A stretch of DNA of 64,000 nucleotides, from the NCBI GenBank assembly GCA_038321235.1, contig JBBQEU010000001.1, forward strand, positions 51,698-115,697, read 5' to 3'. Shown here piece by piece: positions 27,367-36,898 of this stretch. The position numbers and the translations under genes were made by a program. Position 1 is the stretch's first letter. Every line of letters begins with the position of its first letter. The stretch comes from Acidimicrobiales bacterium. GTDB taxonomy: Bacteria > Actinomycetota > Acidimicrobiia > Acidimicrobiales > Ilumatobacteraceae. The notes beneath the pieces are model-generated. The model was not told the DNA's origin and searched no databases. It worked only from the letters and a program-made list of their open reading frames with translations.

Positions 27367-28608
27367 TCAGGTGGCAAGGTCGGAGAGGTTGTCCGCGAGC
27401 GCGGTGAAGGCGCCGAAGACGTCGACGTAGCTCGTGGTCAGCGGTGACATCCCGAAGCGGAGGATGTCGGGGTCGCGGCGGTCGATGATCACCTTGCGAG
27501 CGGTCAATGCCTCGTGGAGTCGGCGGGCGTCGCGGTGGCGGATCGCCACGTGCCCGCCGCGTCGTTCGGGATCTCTCGGCGTCACGTTCTCCAGGCCGTA
27601 CTGGTCGGCGAGGTCGATACCGAATCCGGTCAGCGAGCGGGCCTTGGCGGCGATCGCTTCGATCCCCGCCTCGACCGACAGCCGGATGCCCTCGCGGGCC
27701 GCAGTCAGCCCGAGTACGGGCGGCGTGCCGTTGAGCATCCGCCCGACGCCCGGCCGCGCGTCGAACGGGTGCTCCATCGCGAACTGGTCGTTCTGGGCGA
27801 ACCACCCCCAGATCGGCTGCGTCACGCGATCGTGGATCTGTCGGGAGACATACACGAACGCCGGGGCGCCTGGCCCGCCGTTGAGGAACTTGTACGAACA
27901 GCCGACGGCGAGGTCGACGCCCGCGCTCGTGAGGCCGAGTTCGAGCACACCCGCGGCGTGCGACAGGTCCCACACCGTCACTGCCCCGGCTCGACGGGCC
28001 CGTTCGGTCTCGCCGTCGAGATCCGCGAGCTCGGCGGTCCGATAGTCGACGAGCGACCGGAGCACGACATCGACCCCGTCGAGATCATCGAGGCCGTGCC
28101 GCACCTCGACATCGCGCAATCGGGCGATGCCTTCGACGACATAGCGATCGGTCGGGAAGTCGTCGCGGGCCACCGCCACGACTCGACGTCGGCCCGTCTC
28201 GCCAGCGAGATCGAGCGCCACGTTCACCTGCTGGAAGATGCCGACCGTGGTCGATTCGTGAACCGCCACCTCGCCGGGCCCAGCACCGAGGAGCGGCGCC
28301 AGTTCGTCGCCGACGGTGAGCGCCAGGTTCAGCCAGTCGTGTTCCCACCACGACGAGATCAGGTCACCCGCCCACTGCTCGACGACCCGGTGGAGTGCAG
28401 CAACAGCACGCTTCGGCGTGCGCCCGAGCGAGTTCCCGTCGAGATAGATCAGCTCAGGATCGGGAATGACGAACTCGTCGCGCCACCTCGCCAGCGGGTC
28501 GTTCGCATCGAGGGTCAGAGCGGTGGCGCGGTCGATCACGTTCCCGACTGTGTCACTCCGACGGCCTGGGGCCGAACTGGTGCCGACCCGAACCAGCAGG
28601 GCGACCAC
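27367..28608 (-). CDS. kynU: kynureninase
   Basis: LDANDPLARWRDEFVIPDPELIYLDGNSLG, HESTTVGIFQ and the PLP-lysine region GCSYKFLNGGPGAPAFVYV. The start is uncertain: GTG 28608 lies 3 nt after the giant gene's stop, and GTG 28539 is an alternative. Confidence 0.85.
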   Translation of the reverse strand: MVALLVRVGTSSAPGRRSDTVGNVIDRATALTLDANDPLARWRDEFVIPDPELIYLDGNSLGRTPKRAVAALHRVVEQWAGDLISSWWEHDWLNLALTVGDELAPLLGAGPGEVAVHESTTVGIFQQVNVALDLAGETGRRRVVAVARDDFPTDRYVVEGIARLRDVEVRHGLDDLDGVDVVLRSLVDYRTAELADLDGETERARRAGAVTVWDLSHAAGVLELGLTSAGVDLAVGCSYKFLNGGPGAPAFVYVSRQIHDRVTQPIWGWFAQNDQFAMEHPFDARPGVGRMLNGTPPVLGLTAAREGIRLSVEAGIEAIAAKARSLTGFGIDLADQYGLENVTPRDPERRGGHVAIRHRDARRLHEALTARKVIIDRRDPDILRFGMSPLTTSYVDVFGAFTALADNLSDLAT

Positions 28609-28611
28609 CGA

Positions 28612-31600
28612 TCAGCGTCGTGGTCGTCTCCTGACGCCGCCGCTGGTGCCGGCAGGAACCCGACCGCCGCCCGTGAGAGCGAGCATGATGCCGACCAGGA
28701 TGAGCCCGAGGGCAGCAGCGAGGAGCGAACCCGGGTTCGAGCCGGTCTGAGGCAGTGTGGTGTTGGGATCGCCACCCGGAGGAGCCGCTGAGGGGTCGGC
28801 CGGTGAGGGAGCGATCGGGTTGGGTGCGGCCGGGACGGCGATCGGCGTGGACGGCTCGGTGACGATCACCGTGGGCGTGGGCGTGGGCGTGGGCGTGGGC
28901 GGTGGCTGGGTGGGTCCCCCCGAACCGGACCCGACGGTGACCGATCTCGAAGCGCTGGCACATCCGGCGTCGTCGTCGCAGACGGAGACGACGATCGTGA
29001 ACGATCCGTTGGTGTCGTACCCGTGCGAGCCGGTGGTCGAACCGCCGGCGTGTTGGAGCGGCTCGGTTCTCCCGTCTCCCCAGTCGACTGTGACGGTGTG
29101 GGTGTCGCTTGCGCCCGGATCGGTGAACGATGCTCGAAGCTCCACCGTGGTCGCTGCCAGGCCGCCGAACGCTATTCCGGCCAGCGTGAGTGGTGCCGTC
29201 GTCCCGACCACGGCGTCGTCGATCGTGACGTCATCGATCGTGACCGACGGTGAGGCGTTGACGACCGTCACGGGCCGTTCGATCGTGGTCGACGCCCCGC
29301 CAGCGTCGGAGACGACCAGACGGATGGTGGCGACCAGGTCGTCGACGGTGGCGAAGCTCCAGATCGGCCCGGTCCCGGTGGCGATCGTGGACCCGTTGTC
29401 GGCGAGCAGCGTCCAGGCGAAGCTCAGCGCATCACCGTCGGGGTCGGTGCTCGCGCCGGCGTCGAAACGGATCGAGTCGCCCTCGATGATGGTGCCGATC
29501 GGTGCGATCTCCGCCGCCGGTGGACGGTTTTCGGGGTCCGGGTCGGGCGGCGACCCGGTGAAGCGGAACGTCACTTCGGCCTCGCCGTCGGCGACGACGG
29601 TGACGTCCTGTTGCAGCGTGAGCGGACCATTGACCGCCCGCACGGTCCACGTACGCGGGCCGCCGTCGACGGCCAGTGGTGCCCGCTCGAAGCGGAATGT
29701 CCCACCGGGGCCCGTGGTGACGACGTCGCCCCATTGGGTGCCCACGTCGACACCTTCGATCGGTGCATCGACATCGTCGACCACGGTGCCGACCACGGTG
29801 CCGAACCCCACAGGTGGTCTCCCGAAGTCGACGATGAGATCCGATCCGCACACCGTGAAGACATCGACGGACGAGTCGAAGAAGCCCACCTTCTGCGCCA
29901 CGACCCGCACCGATCGGGGACTATTGAGCTGCCCGGGTCGGAGCCCCTCGATCCGGTAACGGCCGTCGGCATCGGTGGTCGCCCTGAATCCTCCGGCGAA
30001 GACCCTCGCGCCCTCGATCGGAAGTCCGTTCGACGCGTCGAACACGACGCCGCTGATCGACGACGAGGCGCACACGCGCAACATCTGGAGGTCGACCACC
30101 TGATCGTCGGCCGCCGTCAGCGTGAACGGCTTCCCCACCGGCCAGTGGGTCGCGGCCGGGAACTGCTGCGGGTCGCCGAACGATGCGCCCGCCTGCGTCG
30201 GGAACGGCAGGTTCCCCTCGTCGAGCAGCAAGTCCTCGATCTTGTAGGTGCCGTCGGGAGCGGTTCTCGTCGACAACGTGTTGTCCTTCCCGCGAATCGA
30301 CATCTGGACATCGGCGATCGGTTCACCGGTGTCCTGATCGGTCACCGTGCCGCTGACGGCCACGCGCTGTTGACGCAGCAGTGTGACGTCGACTACCACC
30401 GCATCGGAACCGGTCGCACCCGCTGGCAGATCGAAGCTCTTCGTTTCGGACCAGTAGCCGGGTGCCGTTACGAAAGCCTGGAGGGCCCTGGAGCCGAGCG
30501 GGTCGGTGCCGACGGAGATGCCCGGTGTCGTCCACGACCCGTCGGGCTCGACGACGGCGTTCGCCAGCGCGCCGGTCAGCGCGCCGGCCGGGAAGATGGT
30601 CACGCGTGCTCCGACGATGGCTGCGCTGGTCTCCTGATCGGTGACCTTGCCGCGCACGTCGCCGAACTGGTCGATGACGGGGGGAGGTCGGACGAGTCGA
30701 AGGGTCGGGATGCCCGTGGTTTGACCGCACTGGTCGAGGGCCACCGCGACGAAGTCGTTGGCGCCGGATCCGAACCCCGCAGGAGCTTTGGCACTGACGA
30801 ACAGGGAAATCGCCTGGTTCCACGTCCCGAGCCTGAATTCACGGTCGAGGCGGTAGCTGCCGTCGGCCTCGGTGATGATCGGTGCCAGGCTGTAGCCACC
30901 GATCGTGATGGAAGCCCCTTCCACCGGTGCACCGTTCTGGTCGACGACCAGGCCTCCCGTGACGGTTGCAGCGCACTGGGCCAGCAGCACGACCTCGCCG
31001 AAATCCAACACGGTGCTCGGATCGATACCTGCGAGTGGCACGGTTCGTGTGGCCGACCAGTACCCGGCCTTGGACACCCGAACGCTCATCGTCAGCGGCG
31101 TCGTTCCGATGCCACTCTCGAACGGCAACGATCCCGACGTGTACCGACCATCGACGCCGGTCAGTCCCTGCGTGGAGAGGATCTCGACGGTCGCCGCCCC
31201 GACGGGGCCTCCGGTCGGGATGGGTCGCGCCGGTCGGACCGGGTTCGCGATGCCTTCGACGACTCGGACCGTGGCGCCGACGAGATCGATGGTCGGACGC
31301 AGCTGCGCCGACAGGTTCGTCACTCCGCCACAGACGACGTCGAAGGCTCCGAGTCGGACCGTGACGTAGCCGTCGGCTGCCACCACCCAGCTCGTGATGC
31401 GCTGCAACTCGAACCCCTCACTCAGCTGCGGGTCGGAGCCATTCCGGCTCATCTGGAAGGTGCCGTCGGTCCCGGTGCGAGCCGGCGACAACCCGCCGAA
31501 TTGCATCGACACGGACGCGTTCGGAAGTGGCGCGTCCGACTCGTCGCGGATCGTGCCGGAGATCTTGGTCGTACACGTCGGAACGAGCCCGAACTGCGTG

Positions 31601-34600
31601 GCGACCGTGACCGGTCGGCGCCAGACGTCGGTGCCCCGGCTGCTGACGAAGTCGAACGTGAACGAACCTTCGGCTTCGCTTGCCGGGACCGTGATCCGGA
31701 CCTGGCGGGTGGTGCCGCTGGTGGTGGTGCTCGAGAGGTTCGTCGACCAGCCGTCTGGGAGGCCTTCGGTCGTGGTCGCCAGCTCGACGGGTGGTGCAGC
31801 GCCGTCGTCGATCGCGTCGAGGTAGACCGTGCCGGACGAGCCCGGGTTGATGCGGATCAGGGTGGGCTGCACACGCACATCGAGCGCGCTGGCGTCGATG
31901 ACCGTCACCGTGGTTCGTACGACGGTGTCGAGGCCACGGGCGTCGAGCACCCGCACAGCGATCGGATTCGGTGCGCCGACGGTGCAGGTGCCACCGCAGA
32001 TGTTGGCCGCCACCTGTGCCCCGGTCAGTTTCAGCGGCGGGAAGTTCGACGAATCGTCGAAGACCCCGTCGTCGTCGAGGTCCCAGGTGAACGTGCGGCT
32101 GTCGCCGTCCGGGTCGCTGGAGGTGACCGGAACCGTCAACGGCTCACCATCGACGATGGTGAACGGCGCGCCGATGATCTCACCGGTCGGAGGTCGGTTG
32201 GCGCCCTTCGACACGGTGAAGACGAATCTCACGACGTTGGCGTCGCCGCCGGCGCTCACCGGTGCACCGATGGCGAAGAACGGCGCCTCCACGTCGGGCA
32301 GCTCCAACGTGGTCGATTCGTCGGGCCCGAGCAGGACCGGGTTCGTGAGCACCTTGAGGATGTTGCTGGTCTCGTCGAGCACTGCCCATGTAGGGGTTCC
32401 GTCGAGAGTTCGCGACCGGTTGGTCACCCGGGTCGGCACCCGGGCGATCGGTGTGTCGTCGTCGACGGTGACCGCCGCAACGTGTGGGCCGGGCAGCACG
32501 GGGGGAGCGGTCGGCGCAGCAGCGAGCGGTGCTGCCACGAGCGAACCAGCGACCGAGCGCGCGGTCGACGATGGCGCTGTCGGAGCGGCCAACCGGTTGC
32601 GGCGCAGCGGAGCGAACCCCACCGGTCCGGCTGTGGGACCGGCCGTGAGGCCACCGAACACGAAGGTCGTCGGGGGACGAGTCGATCGGGCGCGGATCAT
32701 CACGTTGCGACCGTCGGCGAGGCGGAGGTGGGCGGACACCCAGTGATCGAATGCATGCGCTGGTGAAGCGGCCATGGCGACGGCGTCGTCGAGTCGGACA
32801 GCGGTGACGGTCGATCCAAGGAACGCGTCGCCGACCTCGATCACGGTGTCGGCCCCCTCCACCGCCACGTCGAACGGGCGGCTGGCGTCGGTCGAGGCGT
32901 TGACGGAGAAGCGCACGGCATGCACCCCGGTCGGCCGTGTCGGGGCGTCGTTCGAGCCGACGAGCATGACGACGAACGCGTCATCGACCGGCCCGGGGGC
33001 GCCCCGTGTGACTTGACTGATGTTCGGTCGCACACCCTCGACGTCGGTGATCGCACCACCGGCGGCCGGCCCGGCCACTGCGACCGGCGGCTGCCATCCA
33101 GCGTCCGGGTCGCGCAGCGCCACGAAGAGGCCCTTGACGCCGAATCGTTCCGCAGTGAACGCGATTGCATCGCCCGATTCGGAGATGTCGGGCTCGGAGA
33201 GCCCGCCCCAACCGCCCACTCGCTGTTCGGCGATCACGTCACCGACACTCGCCTGGACGCCGGTGCCGGCCATGATCATGGTGTCGAAGAACTGGTCGAC
33301 GGCCGCCTCCGGAGCGGTGCACGTGCGCTCGGGGTAGGCCGTGCATTGCCGCTCGATAACATCGGTGGTCACCGTCGTGCCGTCGTCGGCGAGCCGCGGT
33401 CGCAGACCGATGACTGTTTCGAGACCGGTGACGACCCCGGTGCTGGTGCCCTCGGCGAGCACCTTCACGAAGCCTGCCTGGGAGCCGACGTGGATGACCC
33501 GACCGGAGGCGTTCATCGTCGGTCGGTCGACACCGACGAACGGACCGGTGAAGGAGTCTGCGGTCGAGCCGGTGTCCAACGTGACGGTGGTCGTGCCGGT
33601 CGATCGGCGAATCGTGGTTTCGGCTTCGCCGCCGCTGGTCGACAACACGGTGTAGGCGACCTGGCGGGAATCGTTGAGTTCGACGTTGCCGACGAGGTAT
33701 TCGTCGGTGGCCGTTCCGACTCCCTGCTCGGTGGTCGCAGGCTCGGCAGGCTTGGCTCCGGTGGGTGCAATGAACACGCGATAGCGATCGTCGTCGCGAA
33801 CCCGCCCGCCGTAGGCGACGTCGCCGAGCGAGTTGACTGACGGGCCGATTGGGCTGCCTGGGCTCGCCCATTCCTCCAGCAGGAGGTAGCCGGACGTGGA
33901 ACCGTCGAACGCGACTGCTTCGACGTCGTAGCTCGGCCCGTCGAACGTGACACCGGCACACGTTTCGAGCACACAGTCCTCGCCGGCACCGATGGTGAAC
34001 GGGCCCCAACCCGCGTTCGCTGCAGTGGGGCCGACACCGGTGGCTGACACCAGCACGTTCGCGCCGGCCGGAGCCGTCAACACGATCTCGGGCACGGTCG
34101 ACGCAGCATCGATGGTGGTCTCGGCGAGCAGTGCTCCCGACGTGGCGTCGAGCAGACGGACCGAGACCTCCGACGAGGCCGTCGCAGCTCTCAGCGAGGC
34201 AACCGACGCGGTGATGTCACCCGAGATCATCAAACCGTCGAGCGCCGATGCAGCGACCGACATCGAGCCGGCCGCGCCAGCGTCCCACTGGCTCTGCAAC
34301 ACGTCGAGGTCGGTCATCGCAATCCCGGACCCGGGCCCGGCCGCCGGCGCACCGTTGGCATCGAGCGGCATGAGCGATGTCGCACTCGAAGAAATCGTTC
34401 CGTCGCCGTTGAAGTCGGTCCGCGGGAACGTGAGCTCCGATGGGCAGCCGAGTCCTTCGGCTGGTGCGACGAGGGCGATGCAGCCGTCGAGGTTGAGGTC
34501 GCGCTTGGGGTGGTCGTCGGTGCCGTCGAGCACGATCGCTGTCGGACAACCCGCTTCGGGGCTGATCGAACACCGCAGCAGCCAGGAGTCGCGGAATCGC

Positions 34601-36786
34601 CGGAAGTCCCGGAGGTCGACGACCCCATCGGGTTCGGTGAACGCCTCAGGATCGGTGGCGGAGACGATGTCGACCGAGACGCCGGCGGCACTGCGGATCA
34701 CGCGTCGGTTCCCGTCAGCGGACGGATCGTTCACGTCGACCAGCCGTCGCGCGGCGTCCGGCAGCGAGAGCACCGTGGCGAACGCGTCGACGCGTGGCAT
34801 CGCCCCGTCGGTGGTGTCGGCTCGCGCCCAGCGGAGCAGCAGCTGCTTGAGTTCGAGAGCCCCGAGCGTCGGGTCGGCGGCCAGCGCCAGGCCGGCCACA
34901 CCCGCCACGAACGGCGTCGCCATCGAGGTCCCGCCGAGAATGCAGTACGTCTGTGTGGTGGCCACGGGGTTCGAGCCCGTACGACATTTACTTTGGTTTT
35001 CCAGCTCGTTCACTGCGGCCCCGGCGCTGATGATCCAGCCCGGTGCAGCGATGTCGCCGTCGATGTTCGAGAACGGCGACCGTGCTGTCGACGGCAGCAA
35101 AGCGCTGTTCTGAACGAGCCCGATCGATTCGACGAGCAGGATCGGCGGATCCGCACCGAAGTTCACCGTGTCCCAATTGCGAGCCGCCCACGCGAACGGC
35201 GACCCCATCTTCGAGCCGCTCTGAGGCACGGCGCTCGCGGTCACGCACGCACTCCCGCGGAGCACAGCGCAGAACATCGCCGAGTAATTGCCGGTCGCCG
35301 CAACGAGGAGCGGTGGATCGTCGGTGACCGTGATCAGCGCTTCGACCTGCGTGCGGACGGCGAGTCCGGTCTGGGCGTATTCGCGAAGGGAGGTGTCCTC
35401 GGTGTCGGGAAAGCAGACGCCTGTTCCGGCGGCGTCGTCGTCGTAGCCGGGCCCGCAGGTCTTGCCGTCCCATATGGCCCACCAGTCCGCTGCTTCCGCG
35501 ACGACGTTCTGGATGCTCAGGTTGATCACGTCGGGAGCCGGAATCCTTCCGAGGGCGATGCTCTCGGTGAGCAGATTGAGTGCCCCATGGACATCGCTCT
35601 TCGGCTTCGGAGGATCACTGCCGACCAAGGACGGCGCGTGGTCGAAGAGAACCGAGAACGGCCCGTGGTCGAAGTGGTGGGTGAACCCGATCAACCGGGA
35701 GAACGGGTCGACGCCGCTCGTTCCCCAGGCGTCATGGTCGGCGCCGATGATGCCGGCCACGTGGTTGCCGTGGTCGTCCGGGGGTTCCGATGCCGACTGC
35801 GCCTGACACTGCCAGTACTCGATGCACTCGTTGGTGATCTCGAGGCGGTCGAGGTCGTCGTGCACGTCGTGCGGGTTGTCGACGACGATCGTCGTGGCCC
35901 CGCCCTCAGCCCCGGCAGCGCGAAGCGAATCGTTCAAGTTCCACGCCTGCGGCACCCGCGACATCTCGAGCCCGAAGTTGGGTCCGAGGCCGAGGGGCGC
36001 GATCGACGGGTCTTCCCACGTCACCTTGAGATCGACAGCTTCGCTCGACACGGGTGTCAGCGCCGCCTCCTCGAGCGGCAGGAGCAGACTCGCGAACTTC
36101 ACGCCCTGCTTCGCCCGCAACGATGCGATCGGGGTGGTCGGGAACACGGTCGATGGGAACTGCTGCTCGACGTAGACGAGCTTGGTTCGCGGAAGGCCGC
36201 CGATGATCACCCACTCGTTGCGGAGAGCGTCCTTGGCCTGCTCGACCGTGGCGTCGTCGGTGAATCCGACGATGAGCCGGTTGCGTGGCACCTCGATGCG
36301 AAGATCGGGGTGCAGCGCCACGTCGGCGGGGTCGACGGGTGGTGGTGGGAGATCGGGAATCGAGTCGTTGGCCAGCGCCCAGTCGGCGCCGTCAAAGCCA
36401 GTGGTGGAGTAGAACAACCCGCTGCCGACCTCGGTCTCCCAGGCGTAGGAGCGTGCGACCGGCAACGAGGCGTAGAACGAGCCGCCGTCGGGGATCGGGC
36501 CGGAGTCGAGCACGCCGTCGGGCGACGTGACCGCCATCGTGCGGCCCGACCGGTTGCGCCACTGGATCTGCTCGCCCGGCTGGATCCGGTCATCGCCGAG
36601 CGCTCGACGGACCGAGGTCTCCTGAAGTTCGATGATGGTGGATGCTGCCTGAGCTGTTGGAACCGGGCCGGTCGGGAGCGGGGAGACCGCCGCCAGCACG
36701 CCGACGAGCAGCCCCAGCGCCACGAGGACACTGACCCGCCGCCTCCGGGCAGTTGCAGTGGATGCGTGAAGATGCGGGGGCGCCAT
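28612..36786 (-). CDS. giant LPXTG-anchored surface subtilase (S8 peptidase) with dockerin/EF-hand-like, multiple CarboxypepD_reg-like and PKD domains
   Basis: 2724 aa from ATG 36786. Signal peptide RRRRVSVLVALGLLVGVLAAVSPLPTGPVPTAQA. S8 triad motifs are IVVDNPHD, DDHGNHVAGIIGA and LGGTSMATPFVAGVAGLA. Ca-binding-like repeats are DLNLDGCI and TDFNGDGTISS. At least 6 modules are of the type VSGTVTDQDTGEPIADVQMSI ... DGTYKI. PKD-like repeats are DAGASTDPDGDALSFAW and VDWGDG. A (PT)5 linker precedes the sorting signal LPQTGSN, a hydrophobic helix and an RRRPRR tail. Confidence 0.85.
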   Translation of the reverse strand: MAPPHLHASTATARRRRVSVLVALGLLVGVLAAVSPLPTGPVPTAQAASTIIELQETSVRRALGDDRIQPGEQIQWRNRSGRTMAVTSPDGVLDSGPIPDGGSFYASLPVARSYAWETEVGSGLFYSTTGFDGADWALANDSIPDLPPPPVDPADVALHPDLRIEVPRNRLIVGFTDDATVEQAKDALRNEWVIIGGLPRTKLVYVEQQFPSTVFPTTPIASLRAKQGVKFASLLLPLEEAALTPVSSEAVDLKVTWEDPSIAPLGLGPNFGLEMSRVPQAWNLNDSLRAAGAEGGATTIVVDNPHDVHDDLDRLEITNECIEYWQCQAQSASEPPDDHGNHVAGIIGADHDAWGTSGVDPFSRLIGFTHHFDHGPFSVLFDHAPSLVGSDPPKPKSDVHGALNLLTESIALGRIPAPDVINLSIQNVVAEAADWWAIWDGKTCGPGYDDDAAGTGVCFPDTEDTSLREYAQTGLAVRTQVEALITVTDDPPLLVAATGNYSAMFCAVLRGSACVTASAVPQSGSKMGSPFAWAARNWDTVNFGADPPILLVESIGLVQNSALLPSTARSPFSNIDGDIAAPGWIISAGAAVNELENQSKCRTGSNPVATTQTYCILGGTSMATPFVAGVAGLALAADPTLGALELKQLLLRWARADTTDGAMPRVDAFATVLSLPDAARRLVDVNDPSADGNRRVIRSAAGVSVDIVSATDPEAFTEPDGVVDLRDFRRFRDSWLLRCSISPEAGCPTAIVLDGTDDHPKRDLNLDGCIALVAPAEGLGCPSELTFPRTDFNGDGTISSSATSLMPLDANGAPAAGPGSGIAMTDLDVLQSQWDAGAAGSMSVAASALDGLMISGDITASVASLRAATASSEVSVRLLDATSGALLAETTIDAASTVPEIVLTAPAGANVLVSATGVGPTAANAGWGPFTIGAGEDCVLETCAGVTFDGPSYDVEAVAFDGSTSGYLLLEEWASPGSPIGPSVNSLGDVAYGGRVRDDDRYRVFIAPTGAKPAEPATTEQGVGTATDEYLVGNVELNDSRQVAYTVLSTSGGEAETTIRRSTGTTTVTLDTGSTADSFTGPFVGVDRPTMNASGRVIHVGSQAGFVKVLAEGTSTGVVTGLETVIGLRPRLADDGTTVTTDVIERQCTAYPERTCTAPEAAVDQFFDTMIMAGTGVQASVGDVIAEQRVGGWGGLSEPDISESGDAIAFTAERFGVKGLFVALRDPDAGWQPPVAVAGPAAGGAITDVEGVRPNISQVTRGAPGPVDDAFVVMLVGSNDAPTRPTGVHAVRFSVNASTDASRPFDVAVEGADTVIEVGDAFLGSTVTAVRLDDAVAMAASPAHAFDHWVSAHLRLADGRNVMIRARSTRPPTTFVFGGLTAGPTAGPVGFAPLRRNRLAAPTAPSSTARSVAGSLVAAPLAAAPTAPPVLPGPHVAAVTVDDDTPIARVPTRVTNRSRTLDGTPTWAVLDETSNILKVLTNPVLLGPDESTTLELPDVEAPFFAIGAPVSAGGDANVVRFVFTVSKGANRPPTGEIIGAPFTIVDGEPLTVPVTSSDPDGDSRTFTWDLDDDGVFDDSSNFPPLKLTGAQVAANICGGTCTVGAPNPIAVRVLDARGLDTVVRTTVTVIDASALDVRVQPTLIRINPGSSGTVYLDAIDDGAAPPVELATTTEGLPDGWSTNLSSTTTSGTTRQVRITVPASEAEGSFTFDFVSSRGTDVWRRPVTVATQFGLVPTCTTKISGTIRDESDAPLPNASVSMQFGGLSPARTGTDGTFQMSRNGSDPQLSEGFELQRITSWVVAADGYVTVRLGAFDVVCGGVTNLSAQLRPTIDLVGATVRVVEGIANPVRPARPIPTGGPVGAATVEILSTQGLTGVDGRYTSGSLPFESGIGTTPLTMSVRVSKAGYWSATRTVPLAGIDPSTVLDFGEVVLLAQCAATVTGGLVVDQNGAPVEGASITIGGYSLAPIITEADGSYRLDREFRLGTWNQAISLFVSAKAPAGFGSGANDFVAVALDQCGQTTGIPTLRLVRPPPVIDQFGDVRGKVTDQETSAAIVGARVTIFPAGALTGALANAVVEPDGSWTTPGISVGTDPLGSRALQAFVTAPGYWSETKSFDLPAGATGSDAVVVDVTLLRQQRVAVSGTVTDQDTGEPIADVQMSIRGKDNTLSTRTAPDGTYKIEDLLLDEGNLPFPTQAGASFGDPQQFPAATHWPVGKPFTLTAADDQVVDLQMLRVCASSSISGVVFDASNGLPIEGARVFAGGFRATTDADGRYRIEGLRPGQLNSPRSVRVVAQKVGFFDSSVDVFTVCGSDLIVDFGRPPVGFGTVVGTVVDDVDAPIEGVDVGTQWGDVVTTGPGGTFRFERAPLAVDGGPRTWTVRAVNGPLTLQQDVTVVADGEAEVTFRFTGSPPDPDPENRPPAAEIAPIGTIIEGDSIRFDAGASTDPDGDALSFAWTLLADNGSTIATGTGPIWSFATVDDLVATIRLVVSDAGGASTTIERPVTVVNASPSVTIDDVTIDDAVVGTTAPLTLAGIAFGGLAATTVELRASFTDPGASDTHTVTVDWGDGRTEPLQHAGGSTTGSHGYDTNGSFTIVVSVCDDDAGCASASRSVTVGSGSGGPTQPPPTPTPTPTPTVIVTEPSTPIAVPAAPNPIAPSPADPSAAPPGGDPNTTLPQTGSNPGSLLAAALGLILVGIMLALTGGGRVPAGTSGGVRRRPRR
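28871..28900. repeat. (GTGGGC)x5 tandem hexanucleotide repeat encoding the (PT)5 linker of the giant protein
   Basis: Read directly. The repeat is in frame within the minus-strand CDS. Confidence 0.9.
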
Positions 36787-36809
36787 GCACCAACGGTGAC
36801 AGCGACGCT

Positions 36810-36827
36810 GAAAGTTTCGTGAAAGTG
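36810..36827. promoter_or_regulatory. direct repeat GAAAGTt-tcgt-GAAAGTg with 11-bp periodicity in the divergent intergenic region; candidate SARP-type binding site
   Basis: Read directly; the hexamers start at 36810 and 36821. The site lies between the giant-protein ATG (36786, minus) and the regulator ATG (36899, plus). Confidence 0.3.
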
Positions 36828-36898
36828 CGCTTCCGGTGCTGGTGGAGTCATGTTCGCTCGAAGCGCGCGACCGTCGCCCTGTCGTCCACACTGGAGGG

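Noticed and set aside
25722-28608. The idea that the AsnB-like gene marks a lasso-peptide (or other RiPP) cluster.
   Set aside because: There is no transglutaminase-like B protease, no PqqD-like RRE, no ABC exporter and no plausible small precursor ORF nearby. The neighbours are a monooxygenase and kynureninase.
28871-28900. (GTGGGC)x5 tandem repeat considered as a CRISPR-like, contingency-locus or independent repeat feature.
   Set aside because: It is in frame inside the giant CDS and simply encodes a Pro-Thr linker. Any slippage would change linker length in multiples of two residues without a frameshift. No spacer-repeat organisation is present.
36787-36891. 35-codon N-terminal extension of the giant subtilase ORF (track start 36891).
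   Set aside because: ATG 36786 gives a canonical signal peptide (RRRR plus a hydrophobic core plus AQA). The extension would bury it and would consume most of the divergent intergenic region.
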